DNA from: Polaribacter sp.
GTDB lineage: Bacteria; Bacteroidota; Bacteroidia; Flavobacteriales; Flavobacteriaceae
DNA: 64,000 nucleotides
Assembly: GCA_965662295.1 (NCBI GenBank)
Contig: CBFIGS010000008.1
Coordinates: 10,236 to 74,235 of the forward strand
Direction of reading: 5' to 3'
The translations under genes and the position numbers were made by a program. The notes beneath the pieces were generated by a model, which was given only the letters and a program-made list of their open reading frames with translations, ran no database searches and was not told where the DNA came from. This document shows positions 46,509-55,972 of this stretch, in pieces. Positions within the stretch are counted from its first letter, which is position 1. Each line of letters opens with the position of its first letter.

Positions 46509-49397
46509 TTAAATTTTTTGAATATAATTTACAAGATTTATGTCCTTATCTAAATTGAATTTTTTCCGTAGTCTATAACGACTTTGTTCTACACTTGTAT
46601 TGGCAACATTCATCAACGCAGCAATCTCTTTTGAAGAAAGATTTAATTTCAAGTAAGCGCTTAACTTAATTTCATTGGGGGATAAATCTGAATGTTTTTT
46701 TCTTAGATTTTCAAAAAATTGAGCGTGTGAATTGGAAAAATGAAGTTGAAAAGTTAACCAATCTTCTTTATCTAATAAGTGATTATTAATTTTTTTAATT
46801 ACTTTTTTTACTGGATAATGCAATGAATTATTCACCAATTCTTTGTCAATATTTATAAGATCATTAATTAGATCCGCTAGTAATTCATTTTTCTTAATAT
46901 TATTTAGAGTTGAAGAGGCCAAGGCCGAATTTTTCTTTTTAATTTCTAAATTCAAATTGTCTTCTTTTAAAAGAAATAACTCCTTATCCGCTGCTAGCTT
47001 CTGTAGTTCAAACTTTTCTTTTTGACGTTCTCTTTTTTGCTTTTCTAAATACTTTAATCGAATTACATATTTTTCATTTTTACGCTTTAGGAAGCTTCTA
47101 TAAGTGATGAATGTTATAAAAAACAACACTACATAAAAGGTTTTAGCTACCCCAGAAATATACCATGGATAAGCGATATAAAATGGAATTTTTACACTTT
47201 CAGAAACTTGATTAACTTCCATTTTTGTTCTCAATTCTAATACATAATCACCTGAAGTAAGAGAAGGGAGTTTTATTTCAGATTCATTAATCCAATGAGA
47301 CCATTGATTTTCCAACCCATTCAATTTATATTGAAATTGTCTAGAATTACTTAGCGGATTGTTTGGTAAAGCAAGTTTAATTTTTAAAAAGTTATTACTG
47401 TATGGAATCTTTAACTCCTTTTCAAAAATAATTGGTGCGGTGATCGTATCTATAGAACTTATAAATTCTAATGATTTTATTGTAGGTTTAACTTGTGATT
47501 TTTTGTGAATTGTTTTATGAATCTTGTGAAAAACAAGACCGTTATCTATCCCAATTGCATAAATCGAATTATTTAATTTTTTTACATTGTTAAAGTCTTT
47601 TAAATTGCTGTCCCAAATAGTATGAAAAGGTTCTTGAACCTTCTTAAAATCGTTGCCACTTCTTACAACATATCCCAAGGAATTCGGAGTGGAATACCAA
47701 AATATATTTTCATCTTGTGAAATATAATTGATGTTTGTTAATCCCTTAAATATTTCAGACGGATATTTTGCTTTTGTAAATGCGTTATCTATGGCATCAT
47801 ATGAAAAGAACCCCTTAGGATTATAAAAAATTAAACTCCCATCTATCTTACAAAAGTAGGCATAAGGTGTAACGTTAGAGTTTTCTACTCCGTAAAACTC
47901 AACATCATTAAGCTCCTTGCCATCTGTAGACAATGTTAATCTATAATACCCTTTTGAGGGGTGAGCAACCCATAATTGACCAAACTGATCGAATTCTAAA
48001 AACCTTGATGATTCTCCAAAATTTTGAAATTTTTCAACAAAACTCCACTGATTATTTACTTTTTCAAAAACGGCAATTCCTGAATAAAAACCAACATACA
48101 GTAGATCTTTAATTTTAGGGTGTTTGATAAAACTCCAAGCACCTCCTTCCAGATGAATTGTTTTTAAGGAATTATCACGAACTACGGAAAGCCCTTTATC
48201 ACTTCCAACTATGAGTTGCCCATCAATCTCATCTATCCTCCAAATTTGCTCAGTACTGTTATTCAAAAGTTTTGGATCAGAAAAACTATTTTTTATATTC
48301 TTTACAAACAATCCTTGGTACGTGCCTAAATATAGAGAAGAATCTTTTAAAAAACTTGAATAAACAGTCCCAAAACCATTTTTCGTATCTAACAAATATT
48401 TGGTATTACTATTTATTTCTATATAACTAATCCCAGATTCTGTTCCCAACCATATATTGTCATTATTATCAACAAAAAGTTTACGGATAGCATTGTTTGC
48501 TATTCCATTATCTCTATTAAAGTGTGCTTGTATACTACCTTCTTTAGAAATAATATAAAACCCATTTCTCAAAGACCCGATAATTAATCTGTTTTTTTGG
48601 TATTTTTTTACATCAGTAATGATAGATTTTTGAATTTCCTCATTAATTTGCCAGGACTTCTTTTGGAGCACTCCATTTTTTAAATTCCAAAAACCGTTAT
48701 TCTTGGTAGCCAATAACAATCCATGAGTATTATCCTCAAATACACCAATGATATCAAAAGAAATGTTCTCCGAGCCTTTGATGAAGGTTTTATTAGAATC
48801 AATTATTTCAAACAACCCAATAGATACATCTTGGACAAAAACCCTTTTATTTGATGAAAATAATTTACTAAATCCTTTGATCGCAGAAATGTTATTTAAA
48901 TCATTATTTTTCGGGTTGTAGGTATATATTTGTTGAAAAGATTGAAAAAAAATTGTTCCTTTTGCTGATACTATATTTAAAAATACCGGAAGTAATGGCG
49001 CTTGTTTATTTGGATATTTAAAATACAAACTTGAATATTCTAAAATTCCTTTCTTGTTTTTAGACCAAAATCCAAAACCACCAATACCAGCAGTGTAAAT
49101 ATGATCATCATCCTCATATAGAACAGCACGAAGGTCTGATTGGTCTTTAACAAAATAATTTTTAAAAGAAAACCCGTCATATTCTAATAAATATCCAGGA
49201 TTTGCAAAATACATCTCTCCGTTTTTATTTTGAGAAATATCGAAAACATCGCTTAGGTCTTTTTTTACTTCTTTTTTTGAGAAATTTTTAATAAACGGAT
49301 TCCCTAAACCAGTCTTGAATTGACAAAAGCTGGTTTTATTAGAGAGTAAAAACAGCCCCACCAACAAAAGAAGTTTTATTCTTTTAAAATAGTTCAT
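46509..49397 (-). CDS. Membrane-anchored PUL regulator: beta-propeller sensor + Y_Y_Y + TM + LuxR-type HTH
   Basis: Repeated IWLGT/LYLGT/LWVA blades, QFQYKLNGLENQW, GDYVLE, PWY-TM, C-terminal LSPNEIKLSAYLKLNLSSKEIA...RYRLRKK. ATG 49397 chosen over 49427. Confidence 0.9.
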   Translation of the reverse strand: MNYFKRIKLLLLVGLFLLSNKTSFCQFKTGLGNPFIKNFSKKEVKKDLSDVFDISQNKNGEMYFANPGYLLEYDGFSFKNYFVKDQSDLRAVLYEDDDHIYTAGIGGFGFWSKNKKGILEYSSLYFKYPNKQAPLLPVFLNIVSAKGTIFFQSFQQIYTYNPKNNDLNNISAIKGFSKLFSSNKRVFVQDVSIGLFEIIDSNKTFIKGSENISFDIIGVFEDNTHGLLLATKNNGFWNLKNGVLQKKSWQINEEIQKSIITDVKKYQKNRLIIGSLRNGFYIISKEGSIQAHFNRDNGIANNAIRKLFVDNNDNIWLGTESGISYIEINSNTKYLLDTKNGFGTVYSSFLKDSSLYLGTYQGLFVKNIKNSFSDPKLLNNSTEQIWRIDEIDGQLIVGSDKGLSVVRDNSLKTIHLEGGAWSFIKHPKIKDLLYVGFYSGIAVFEKVNNQWSFVEKFQNFGESSRFLEFDQFGQLWVAHPSKGYYRLTLSTDGKELNDVEFYGVENSNVTPYAYFCKIDGSLIFYNPKGFFSYDAIDNAFTKAKYPSEIFKGLTNINYISQDENIFWYSTPNSLGYVVRSGNDFKKVQEPFHTIWDSNLKDFNNVKKLNNSIYAIGIDNGLVFHKIHKTIHKKSQVKPTIKSLEFISSIDTITAPIIFEKELKIPYSNNFLKIKLALPNNPLSNSRQFQYKLNGLENQWSHWINESEIKLPSLTSGDYVLELRTKMEVNQVSESVKIPFYIAYPWYISGVAKTFYVVLFFITFITYRSFLKRKNEKYVIRLKYLEKQKRERQKEKFELQKLAADKELFLLKEDNLNLEIKKKNSALASSTLNNIKKNELLADLINDLINIDKELVNNSLHYPVKKVIKKINNHLLDKEDWLTFQLHFSNSHAQFFENLRKKHSDLSPNEIKLSAYLKLNLSSKEIAALMNVANTSVEQSRYRLRKKFNLDKDINLVNYIQKI

Positions 49398-49568
49398 CGA
49401 ATTCTTATGTAGTACAGTTTGTATCAATAGAAAAGCATCTTGCTAAGATTTAAATAAAAAAAATCTGATTTTCGAATGATAAAAATAAATATCCATAACG
49501 TGATTAGCAAAATAAAAGACTGAATAATTTTTCTGTCTTGAATTGATTACCACATTTAAACAACTAGA

Positions 49569-50009
49569 TCAAAGAGAACTTCTTAATTCTTGAACAAATT
49601 TTAAGTACTCTTTTTTTCTTGTTTCTTCAAATACATGACGATCGGAAGTAATCGCTTGCTTTATTTCAATTTGAGATTCATTCAAAACGGACTCGTCAAT
49701 AGATTCAATAGAGAACAAATATAAATTCATGATGATCGGTAGGGTTGAAATTCCTTTATCTGTTGCTATGTATTGGGTGCTTTTTTTTGTTCCTAAAGGA
49801 TTGAGTTTTTCAATAAGAAAGGCTTCAAGAAGAGTTTTTAATCTATTTGACAGAATATTAGTGGCTATTTTTTCTTTAGAGGATTTAAATTCTTTAAATC
49901 TAGATTTTTTATGTAGGATAATATCTCTTAATATTAGAAGAGACCATTTATCCCCCAGGAGGTTGATGGATTTTGCAATCGCACAGGTATAATTTCTTTT
50001 CAAACTCAA
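49569..50009 (-). CDS. HxlR-family winged-helix regulator with an N-terminal Cys
   Basis: YTCAIAKSINLLGDKWSLLILRD, RFKEF, IATNILSNRLKTL, YIATDKG. TTG start at 50009 or 50003; -7 box TATATTTG at 50057-50064. Confidence 0.9.
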   Translation of the reverse strand: MSLKRNYTCAIAKSINLLGDKWSLLILRDIILHKKSRFKEFKSSKEKIATNILSNRLKTLLEAFLIEKLNPLGTKKSTQYIATDKGISTLPIIMNLYLFSIESIDESVLNESQIEIKQAITSDRHVFEETRKKEYLKFVQELRSSL

Positions 50010-50152
50010 ATCTTAACAGTATCTATATAAAACGAATTATTTTTTAAAATCTTGTGCAAATATAACAAATACAATTTTTACACCTAATATTTAACAACAA
50101 TGTAATTTAAAAAGAATAAAATATAATAAAATGAATTTTCAATAGATTTAAA

Positions 50153-50186
50153 ATAATTGCTTTTAACAACTAATTTTTTATATTTG
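50153..50186 (+). promoter_or_regulatory. Palindromic site ATAATTG-N7-CAACTAA plus -7 box TATATTTG
   Basis: Site 50153-50173, 5-nt gap, -7 box 50179-50186; lies in the hxlR divergent region. Confidence 0.6.
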
Positions 50187-50227
50187 TTTACATTCATCTA
50201 TTAATCTTTTAATTTAAAACCTTCATT

Positions 50228-51364
50228 ATGAAAAACATTATCACCCTTATTGCTTTAAGCTTTACAATGATTATAAATGCTCAGTGGATTGAAAAAGCTT
50301 CCTGCAATAAAAAAGCTACAATTATTGCAAATCAAGCAGTAGAATATGCATTCAATTTAGAATATATGGCAGCTTTTGGTTCGGCCAAATCAGCCTTATT
50401 ATTGGACGAAAATTGTGGTTGTGCTAAATTAACTCTAGCCTTCATCAGCAGCGCAAATTCAAATTGGGGAAGTAGAGCTAAAAAATTAAAAGAAATTAAC
50501 CCCAATAAACTAACCGCAGAAGAAAAAGCATGGTTTGATCATATGTCAGCCTCTTCTGAAGATCAGAAATCTTTAGAAAAAAGTATGGTTGAAAAATTTC
50601 CAAAAAGCCCGTTAATTAATTTCCTACCTACCTCTATTCGAGATTTTAATTCTTATAAAGTATTTGCTGAAAAATTTCCAGAATACTCTTCATCTGCCTA
50701 TAATATGATGTCATACGGATACATGAATGGAGCCTACGGAGAAAAGGATACAGCACAAGCTATGAAATACGTGAAAATGTCTCAAAATAGCCATGATGGT
50801 CCTAATTCATATGATTCAATGGCAGAGCACTATGCTTCAATGAACGATTATGAAAACGCTTTAAAAACACAACTTAAAGCAATAGATTTTGGGACATTCT
50901 CTTCTCCTTACAGAGCTAATGCATTGCTATATTATGCTAAGAATAACGTTGCTGATATGAGCAAAAACATTACGGAAAAACAACAAGAAATGCAACAAGC
51001 AATTCTGGCTGGCGATTATGAGTCTTATAAAAAGTTTGAACACCCAGAAATTCAAGTATCTACTGGAGACTCAAATTTAAATCCTTTTTACATTTACACA
51101 AAAAAAGATGTAATTAAAGAGGCCCCTTTGACGTGGGAATTCTTTGAGTTGTCTGATATGAAAACTTACTTTTCTCCAAATATGAAAACGGCTGTGATTA
51201 CTTTCGTCGCAGATGGGAAATACACAATAATTAAGACAAATAAGACGGTCTCATATGCAACTAGAGCTTCTTCAACTTGGGTTGAGACTGATGAGGGTTG
51301 GAAAATTTTACATACGTCCTATGCTCCAAGAAAAGGAAAAAATGGTCTTCCAGAAATGAATTAA
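50228..51364 (+). CDS. Exported protein, TPR-like N-terminus + C-terminal NTF2-like (DUF4440) domain
   Basis: Signal peptide; AYNMMSYGY and NSYDSMAEHY helical repeats; C-terminal TAVITF...RASSTWVETDEGWKILHTSY. Confidence 0.65.
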   Translation: MKNIITLIALSFTMIINAQWIEKASCNKKATIIANQAVEYAFNLEYMAAFGSAKSALLLDENCGCAKLTLAFISSANSNWGSRAKKLKEINPNKLTAEEKAWFDHMSASSEDQKSLEKSMVEKFPKSPLINFLPTSIRDFNSYKVFAEKFPEYSSSAYNMMSYGYMNGAYGEKDTAQAMKYVKMSQNSHDGPNSYDSMAEHYASMNDYENALKTQLKAIDFGTFSSPYRANALLYYAKNNVADMSKNITEKQQEMQQAILAGDYESYKKFEHPEIQVSTGDSNLNPFYIYTKKDVIKEAPLTWEFFELSDMKTYFSPNMKTAVITFVADGKYTIIKTNKTVSYATRASSTWVETDEGWKILHTSYAPRKGKNGLPEMN

Positions 51365-51462
51365 AATAATTCGTTTTAGAATGATGACTAAAAACAGAAC
51401 TGATGATGTTCCTAATTAACAGGATCATTGTAACTGAATTTAACTCTTTTAAAATTGAAATA

Positions 51463-51495
51463 AGTGCTCGATTTATATCCAAAAAATCGAGCACT
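51463..51495. terminator. Hairpin between convergent units
   Basis: AGTGCTCGATTT-N9-AAATCGAGCACT. Confidence 0.75.
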
Positions 51496-51528
51496 ATTTA
51501 TCTATTTAAAAATAAAATGTCCTTTAAA

Positions 51529-51669
51529 TTAAAGTGCTTTCCTATCGGAACTTTTGTTTGGATAATTATCTTCTCTTTGCTTACGGTTTGAGTAAATGAT
51601 GTTATATATGGTAAATCCCATATATGTCGCAAATATAACAGCACCCACTATGAAAAATCCTATATTCAT
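51529..51669 (-). CDS. Small single-TM protein (46 aa)
   Basis: MNIGFFIVGAVIFATYMGFTIYNIIYSNRKQREDNYPNKSSDRKAL*; ATG overlaps the upstream TGA (ATGA). Confidence 0.7.
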   Translation of the reverse strand: MNIGFFIVGAVIFATYMGFTIYNIIYSNRKQREDNYPNKSSDRKAL

Positions 51670-51836
51670 TTTTTGTTTCTTCTTTGTCTAATGGCGATTG
51701 CAAATAATAATATTGTTCCCGGCCAATGTGCTGAATATTGAGCCTCTTCATACATTCCAAGTAGTGCATAGGATACAGAATATAATAAACAGCCAAATGC
51801 TAAAATAATTGGATACCAATTGTTGATAAATTTCAT
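51666..51836 (-). CDS. Small two-TM protein (56 aa)
   Basis: MKFINNWYPIILAFGCLLYSVSYALLGMYEEAQYSAHWPGTILLFAIAIRQRRNKK*; two hydrophobic segments and a basic tail. Confidence 0.72.
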   Translation of the reverse strand: MKFINNWYPIILAFGCLLYSVSYALLGMYEEAQYSAHWPGTILLFAIAIRQRRNKK

Positions 51837-52101
51837 ACGATCAAATATTTTTATAAATTCTTGTTCTAATATACGAAGAGAATGCGACGTTTTAAAAAAT
51901 TATTCATTAATTCGATTAAGAGTTTTATCTTTTTAAGAAAAAAAATCTCTACACCCCATACATATGTATCAAAAATATCATGAGACATATAAGCTATAAA
52001 AACCAATGACCAAATGAAATTATTACCCGATAGATACTCATTTCATTTTTTCATATAGCTGTATTTTTTTACTAACTGAGCTAGCAATATATCATAGGGA
52101 T

Positions 52102-52134
52102 AAAAAAATAAACCCTCAACGAGTGAGGGTTTAT
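52102..52134 (-). terminator. Intrinsic terminator after 52165-52662
   Basis: ATAAACCCTCA-acgag-TGAGGGTTTAT with a T-run on the minus strand. Confidence 0.82.
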
Positions 52135-52164
52135 ATGATATCTATAATCTGATAATTTCTACAG

Positions 52165-52662
52165 TTATTCAGTTTCCGAAGAAGCAGATTCCATGAGGAA
52201 ATTTGTTAATCCACCAGCATCAAAATAATCGCCGCCAGCAATAATTTTTCCATCTTTAAAATCCCATGTATGATAAGATGTTATTTCCCAACTTTTACCC
52301 GTTGCAGAGTGTATTCCTGTCCATTTCCCATAGGAACGAACACTTCCGTCAGCCAATTTAGTTTCGGCTGAAACACCTGGCAAATAATTCTCTGGAGTGT
52401 AAACAACTCCTTCCATAGCATCTTGCCAACCTTTTAGATACTGTCCCATTGCTTCTTTTCCAACTTGACTTGCTCCATGAAACGCAGGTTGCCACATTAC
52501 ATCAGGGTGAATCATCTCTAGTTGATCTTCGAAACCTGTCTCTGAAGCTTGCAATTCAAGAAATTTTTTAACTGTTTCTACATTGGCATCATAGGTACTA
52601 TTTCCCTGATCAGAACATGAAATACATACAGTTAGTAGGGTTAATAAAATTAATTTTTTCAT
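52165..52662 (-). CDS. NTF2/SnoaL-like lipoprotein
   Basis: Lipobox CISC; NVETVKKF, HPDVMW, VRSYGKWTG...TGK, WDFKDGKI...DYFD. Confidence 0.82.
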   Translation of the reverse strand: MKKLILLTLLTVCISCSDQGNSTYDANVETVKKFLELQASETGFEDQLEMIHPDVMWQPAFHGASQVGKEAMGQYLKGWQDAMEGVVYTPENYLPGVSAETKLADGSVRSYGKWTGIHSATGKSWEITSYHTWDFKDGKIIAGGDYFDAGGLTNFLMESASSETE

Positions 52663-52687
52663 TTTGTTAAATTTTTAAATTATTTTA

Positions 52688-52721
52688 ACAATATAGTAAA
52701 TTAGTTGTTAAAAAAATTAAT
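52688..52721 (-). promoter_or_regulatory. Palindromic half-site CAACTAA plus -7 variant TATATTGT
   Basis: Minus strand TTTTAACAACTAATTTACTATATTGT, nearly identical to TTTTAACAACTAATTTTTTATATTTGT upstream of 50228. Confidence 0.6.
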
Positions 52722-52726
52722 TACAT

Positions 52727-52754
52727 AAAAAACCCTCAATGATTGAGGGTTTTA
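52727..52754 (-). terminator. Intrinsic terminator after 52782-53711
   Basis: AAAACCCTCAA-tga-TTGAGGGTTTT; near-copy of the 52102 terminator. Confidence 0.85.
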
Positions 52755-52781
52755 TATTCGGTTCAAAAGAATTAAATCCTA

Positions 52782-53711
52782 TTACTTAGGAAGCTGTGAT
52801 GCATTAAAATAATATTGCTCATTAATAATTTTCCCTTCCTTATTTACCACTATCTGAGAATGGTGAACAGCCTCTTTTATCGCATTTGATTTTTTGTTTT
52901 TTACAGTTATATCCCACCATGATATGATTGTTTTGTTATCTGACCCTTCATATTCGAATAAATCCGGATATCCACTTTCACTCACATTAAGAATCTCATA
53001 TTGTTTGTAAAATTCTTTAAGACTTTCCATTTCTTCTTCAACTGATTTAGAGGCATCCTTCTCTGAATTCATAACGTCTAATATGGTCGCATTTTCAGAA
53101 TACAAAGCCTTCATTGATTCCATATCTCCTATTTCTATATATGCGTATAATAATCTCGCTTTTGAAATCATTGGATGGTCTTTGTAGATCGTTCCATTTT
53201 TTGTAGTACCCCAAGCATCGTAAGATTTTTTCCACTTTAGTTGACTATCTGATACCGATAAACCACTAATTTTTTTACCATCTTTACTAAAAAAGAAGAT
53301 TGAATTTCTTGGTATCTGAAATTTATAACCTGTGTTTTTATCAAATCCTTTCAATATTTGATAGGTATATACATTTAAATCGTCTTTCCCATATTCCATT
53401 GCATCAGAATAAGCAGACCCTCTGTCTTTAATTTGTAATCCAATAACATTTTTACTCAAATAATTAGATCTTCTGAGCAATCTATTTAGGGTTAATGGCT
53501 TTGGTTCCATAGAATTCATTTGCCACCATTTAAAATCTTCAGTTACCATAGATTTCAATTTATCTGCGTCTCCTGCAACAAAAGCATCAGTAAATTCATT
53601 GACTAATTCAATCCCAGGGTGCTGGTCATATATTCTACCATTCTTATGTTTTTTCTGTGCAGAGATTGACATCGTTGATAACATCAATACGCCTAATACT
53701 AATTTTTTCAT
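52782..53711 (-). CDS. Exported tandem NTF2/SnoaL-like two-domain protein
   Basis: Signal peptide; two repeats starting GRIYDQHP and GTIYKDHP; AFVAGDADKL, LYSENA, GYPD, C-terminal EGKIINEQYYFN. Confidence 0.75.
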   Translation of the reverse strand: MKKLVLGVLMLSTMSISAQKKHKNGRIYDQHPGIELVNEFTDAFVAGDADKLKSMVTEDFKWWQMNSMEPKPLTLNRLLRRSNYLSKNVIGLQIKDRGSAYSDAMEYGKDDLNVYTYQILKGFDKNTGYKFQIPRNSIFFFSKDGKKISGLSVSDSQLKWKKSYDAWGTTKNGTIYKDHPMISKARLLYAYIEIGDMESMKALYSENATILDVMNSEKDASKSVEEEMESLKEFYKQYEILNVSESGYPDLFEYEGSDNKTIISWWDITVKNKKSNAIKEAVHHSQIVVNKEGKIINEQYYFNASQLPK

Positions 53712-53747
53712 TGTTTTTAAATTTAAGATTATTTATTATTGTTGAAG

Positions 53748-53780
53748 TAAATATAATAATTAATTTTAAAAAGCAACTAA
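53748..53780 (-). promoter_or_regulatory. Site TTAGTTG-N7-AAATTAA plus -7 variant TATATTTA
   Basis: Site 53760-53780, 4-nt gap, -7 variant 53748-53755. Confidence 0.55.
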
Positions 53781-53900
53781 CTATCAAAATTTAAAACTGT
53801 TACAATGGTATTCTTTTTGAGTCAATTTAACAAAGAGAAAGTAGACCTCAAATTGCATTCAAAAATCTTATCATGGCAATTTCGATGTACTTTTCATCGT

Positions 53901-55157
53901 TTATTTTTTATCTGTAAATCTTAATTTTTCTTTGATATCTTGGAAAGGTTGTTCTATACAGACATACATGAGAGTAGAGCCGATTATAATGGCAAATACT
54001 GAAATTAAACTATTTGTTAAAACAATCTGTGTATCAGACAAACTTCCAAGAGCATAGTCATTAAATTTTGGGAAAAACCAAAACATGAACATCTCGTGAA
54101 AAAGATACGCAGAATAAGAAATCTGAGAAATGGGATAAAAAAACTTCATAGAGAGAAAGCGATTCAAGGGCCTTACTATTTTTGATTCTGAATACAAACA
54201 GCAAAAAATCATAAACAATACGGCATATGAAAAAATTTCACGGTGAATAATTTCATAAATTCTCGGTATGTTGTTATGATACCCATCAAAAATGGAACTT
54301 TTAAGATTTGTCCATTGTCCTAAAGATATACTTGATATCAAAATAAAAATTACAAAGCTGAGGCAAAAAAGAAAATTAGTCACTTGCTGTTTATTGTCAA
54401 AAAATGATTTTATTTGATTCTGATGGTATACATTAATGTATGCTCCAATAACTCCACAAAGTAATCCACCATATCTTAAATGTGTAAGCATATAGTACTC
54501 CCAAAACCAATTCTGCCAATCTTCATCTAAAAAAGACGACTTGAATGGCACTTTAAAATCATGAATATTCACTGAATAATGATAGGTTAATGAAATCGTT
54601 AGCAAGGTCAAAATAACAAATGGGATACGCTTTCTCTTAAAAAAGGGAAATATAAAAGCAATGAGAAAAGGAATGACAATATAAAATTGTTCTTCAATTG
54701 CTAAAGACCAGGTCCAACCCATATAAGATCCTCTCACATAATTATTTATATATAACAAATTAGACCATGCGGTTGTCCATCGATCTGCACCCTTACCCTC
54801 AAGAAAATATAAAGCGATGATCATAGAAAAAACATAGACTGGTAGCAGACGTAAAATACGTCTGGTATAAAACTTTTTAAAATTGAGACGGTTAGACCTT
54901 TTAAACTCTTTAAATAAAATTGACCCTATCAAAAAACCACTGATCACAAAAAATAAATCGACCCCTAAATCTCCCTTAGAGATCCATATTAAAAGAGGAT
55001 TTTCAAATATTTTTTCTCCCACAGAAGTGAAGTCATTGTACTGAAATAGCCAAGCATGAAAAATAATAACCCATAAAACAGCGATGGCTCTAATACCATC
55101 GATAGGTTTATAATTTTGAGAAGGTCTTGAAAATAATCTTGAAAAATAACTTGCCAT
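53901..55157 (-). CDS. Acyltransferase-3 (OafA/YrhL-like) membrane O-acyltransferase
   Basis: IDGIRAIAVLWVIIFH, GVDLFFVISGFLI, FYTRRILRLLP, WSLAIEEQFY, ISYSAYLFH, IEQPF. Start at ATG 55157. Confidence 0.92.
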   Translation of the reverse strand: MASYFSRLFSRPSQNYKPIDGIRAIAVLWVIIFHAWLFQYNDFTSVGEKIFENPLLIWISKGDLGVDLFFVISGFLIGSILFKEFKRSNRLNFKKFYTRRILRLLPVYVFSMIIALYFLEGKGADRWTTAWSNLLYINNYVRGSYMGWTWSLAIEEQFYIVIPFLIAFIFPFFKRKRIPFVILTLLTISLTYHYSVNIHDFKVPFKSSFLDEDWQNWFWEYYMLTHLRYGGLLCGVIGAYINVYHQNQIKSFFDNKQQVTNFLFCLSFVIFILISSISLGQWTNLKSSIFDGYHNNIPRIYEIIHREIFSYAVLFMIFCCLYSESKIVRPLNRFLSMKFFYPISQISYSAYLFHEMFMFWFFPKFNDYALGSLSDTQIVLTNSLISVFAIIIGSTLMYVCIEQPFQDIKEKLRFTDKK

Positions 55158-55185
55158 AAAAGAATTGATATAAAAAATAAAAAAC

Positions 55186-55219
55186 CAAATATAGATAATA
55201 ACTTGCAACAAACAACTTA
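55186..55219 (-). promoter_or_regulatory. Site TAAGTTG-N7-CAAGTTA plus -7 box TATATTTG
   Basis: Site 55199-55219, 5-nt gap, -7 box 55186-55193. Confidence 0.6.
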
Positions 55220-55290
55220 TTTTAAAAAAGATGCTATTCAGGGAATAAAAACAGTTTTTTAAAAAGTGTTCATAAATATATTTTACAATA

Positions 55291-55318
55291 AAAAGCCCAT
55301 CAAATATGATGGGCTTTT
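55291..55318 (-). terminator. Intrinsic terminator after 55335-55826
   Basis: AAAAGCCCATCA-aata-TGATGGGCTTTT. Confidence 0.85.
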
Positions 55319-55334
55319 TATTGTATCTGTTATT

Positions 55335-55826
55335 TTACCAGTCGGCTTTCCATTCGCGTATCGTATGAACAATATCATCTTCGCCAATAAAAAACTTATC
55401 GATGACACGTTCTTTTTCAATATTTCCATTTTTATTAAATCTTGTTTCTACAGCCCCCACTTGAACGATACTTCCAGACCAAGATTCAACAGTGTAAGGC
55501 AGGTAGTATTTTATGACCTTTTGAATCGAATCGTATTGAGAAAAATAATCTTTTAACATGTTTACATCCATTTTAATGGCTGATTTCATATTATGAGGAT
55601 AGTAGGTTAACGAATCATTAATTGAAGAAAACACCCCTTCTGCATCTAATGACACATGGCTTGATAACATTTTTTTGACAATCGCTACATCAGCATCTGA
55701 TCCTATTGAATATTTCACCCCTGTATTTACCCACTCACCGGCTTTTCGATCAACTTCAACCTCTTTAACTGAATTGCTACAAGAAATGAATACCGAAACA
55801 ACTAATAATAATGTTATTGTTTTCAT
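55335..55826 (-). CDS. Hypothetical lipoprotein, possibly NTF2-like
   Basis: Lipobox FISC; helix (VAIVKKMLSS) followed by beta-rich part ending DKFFIGEDDIV; fold call is weak. Confidence 0.55.
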   Translation of the reverse strand: MKTITLLLVVSVFISCSNSVKEVEVDRKAGEWVNTGVKYSIGSDADVAIVKKMLSSHVSLDAEGVFSSINDSLTYYPHNMKSAIKMDVNMLKDYFSQYDSIQKVIKYYLPYTVESWSGSIVQVGAVETRFNKNGNIEKERVIDKFFIGEDDIVHTIREWKADW

Positions 55827-55972
55827 TGTTTTATTTTTTAAATGAATTTTAAATGTAAAATAAAAATCTGAGGAAAAAAAAATGCAAAAAATTAGTTGTA
55901 AAAAGTAATTATTTTTATCTATTTTGGCATTCTAAAAAAATTTCACCTTACACAAGTCACAATATTTATATT

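Noticed and set aside
51403-51796. Track ORFs 51403..51591 (+), 51602..51796 (+) and 51261..51494 (-)
   Set aside because: The first two overlap, on the opposite strand, two more protein-like coupled small ORFs; the third spans a terminator hairpin and the end of gene 50228.
51900-52091. Possible decayed small membrane-protein gene after a -7 variant (TATATTGC, 52084-52091, minus strand)
   Set aside because: All ATGs hit stops within 3-15 codons and several frameshifts are needed to build a protein; cannot be supported without homologs.
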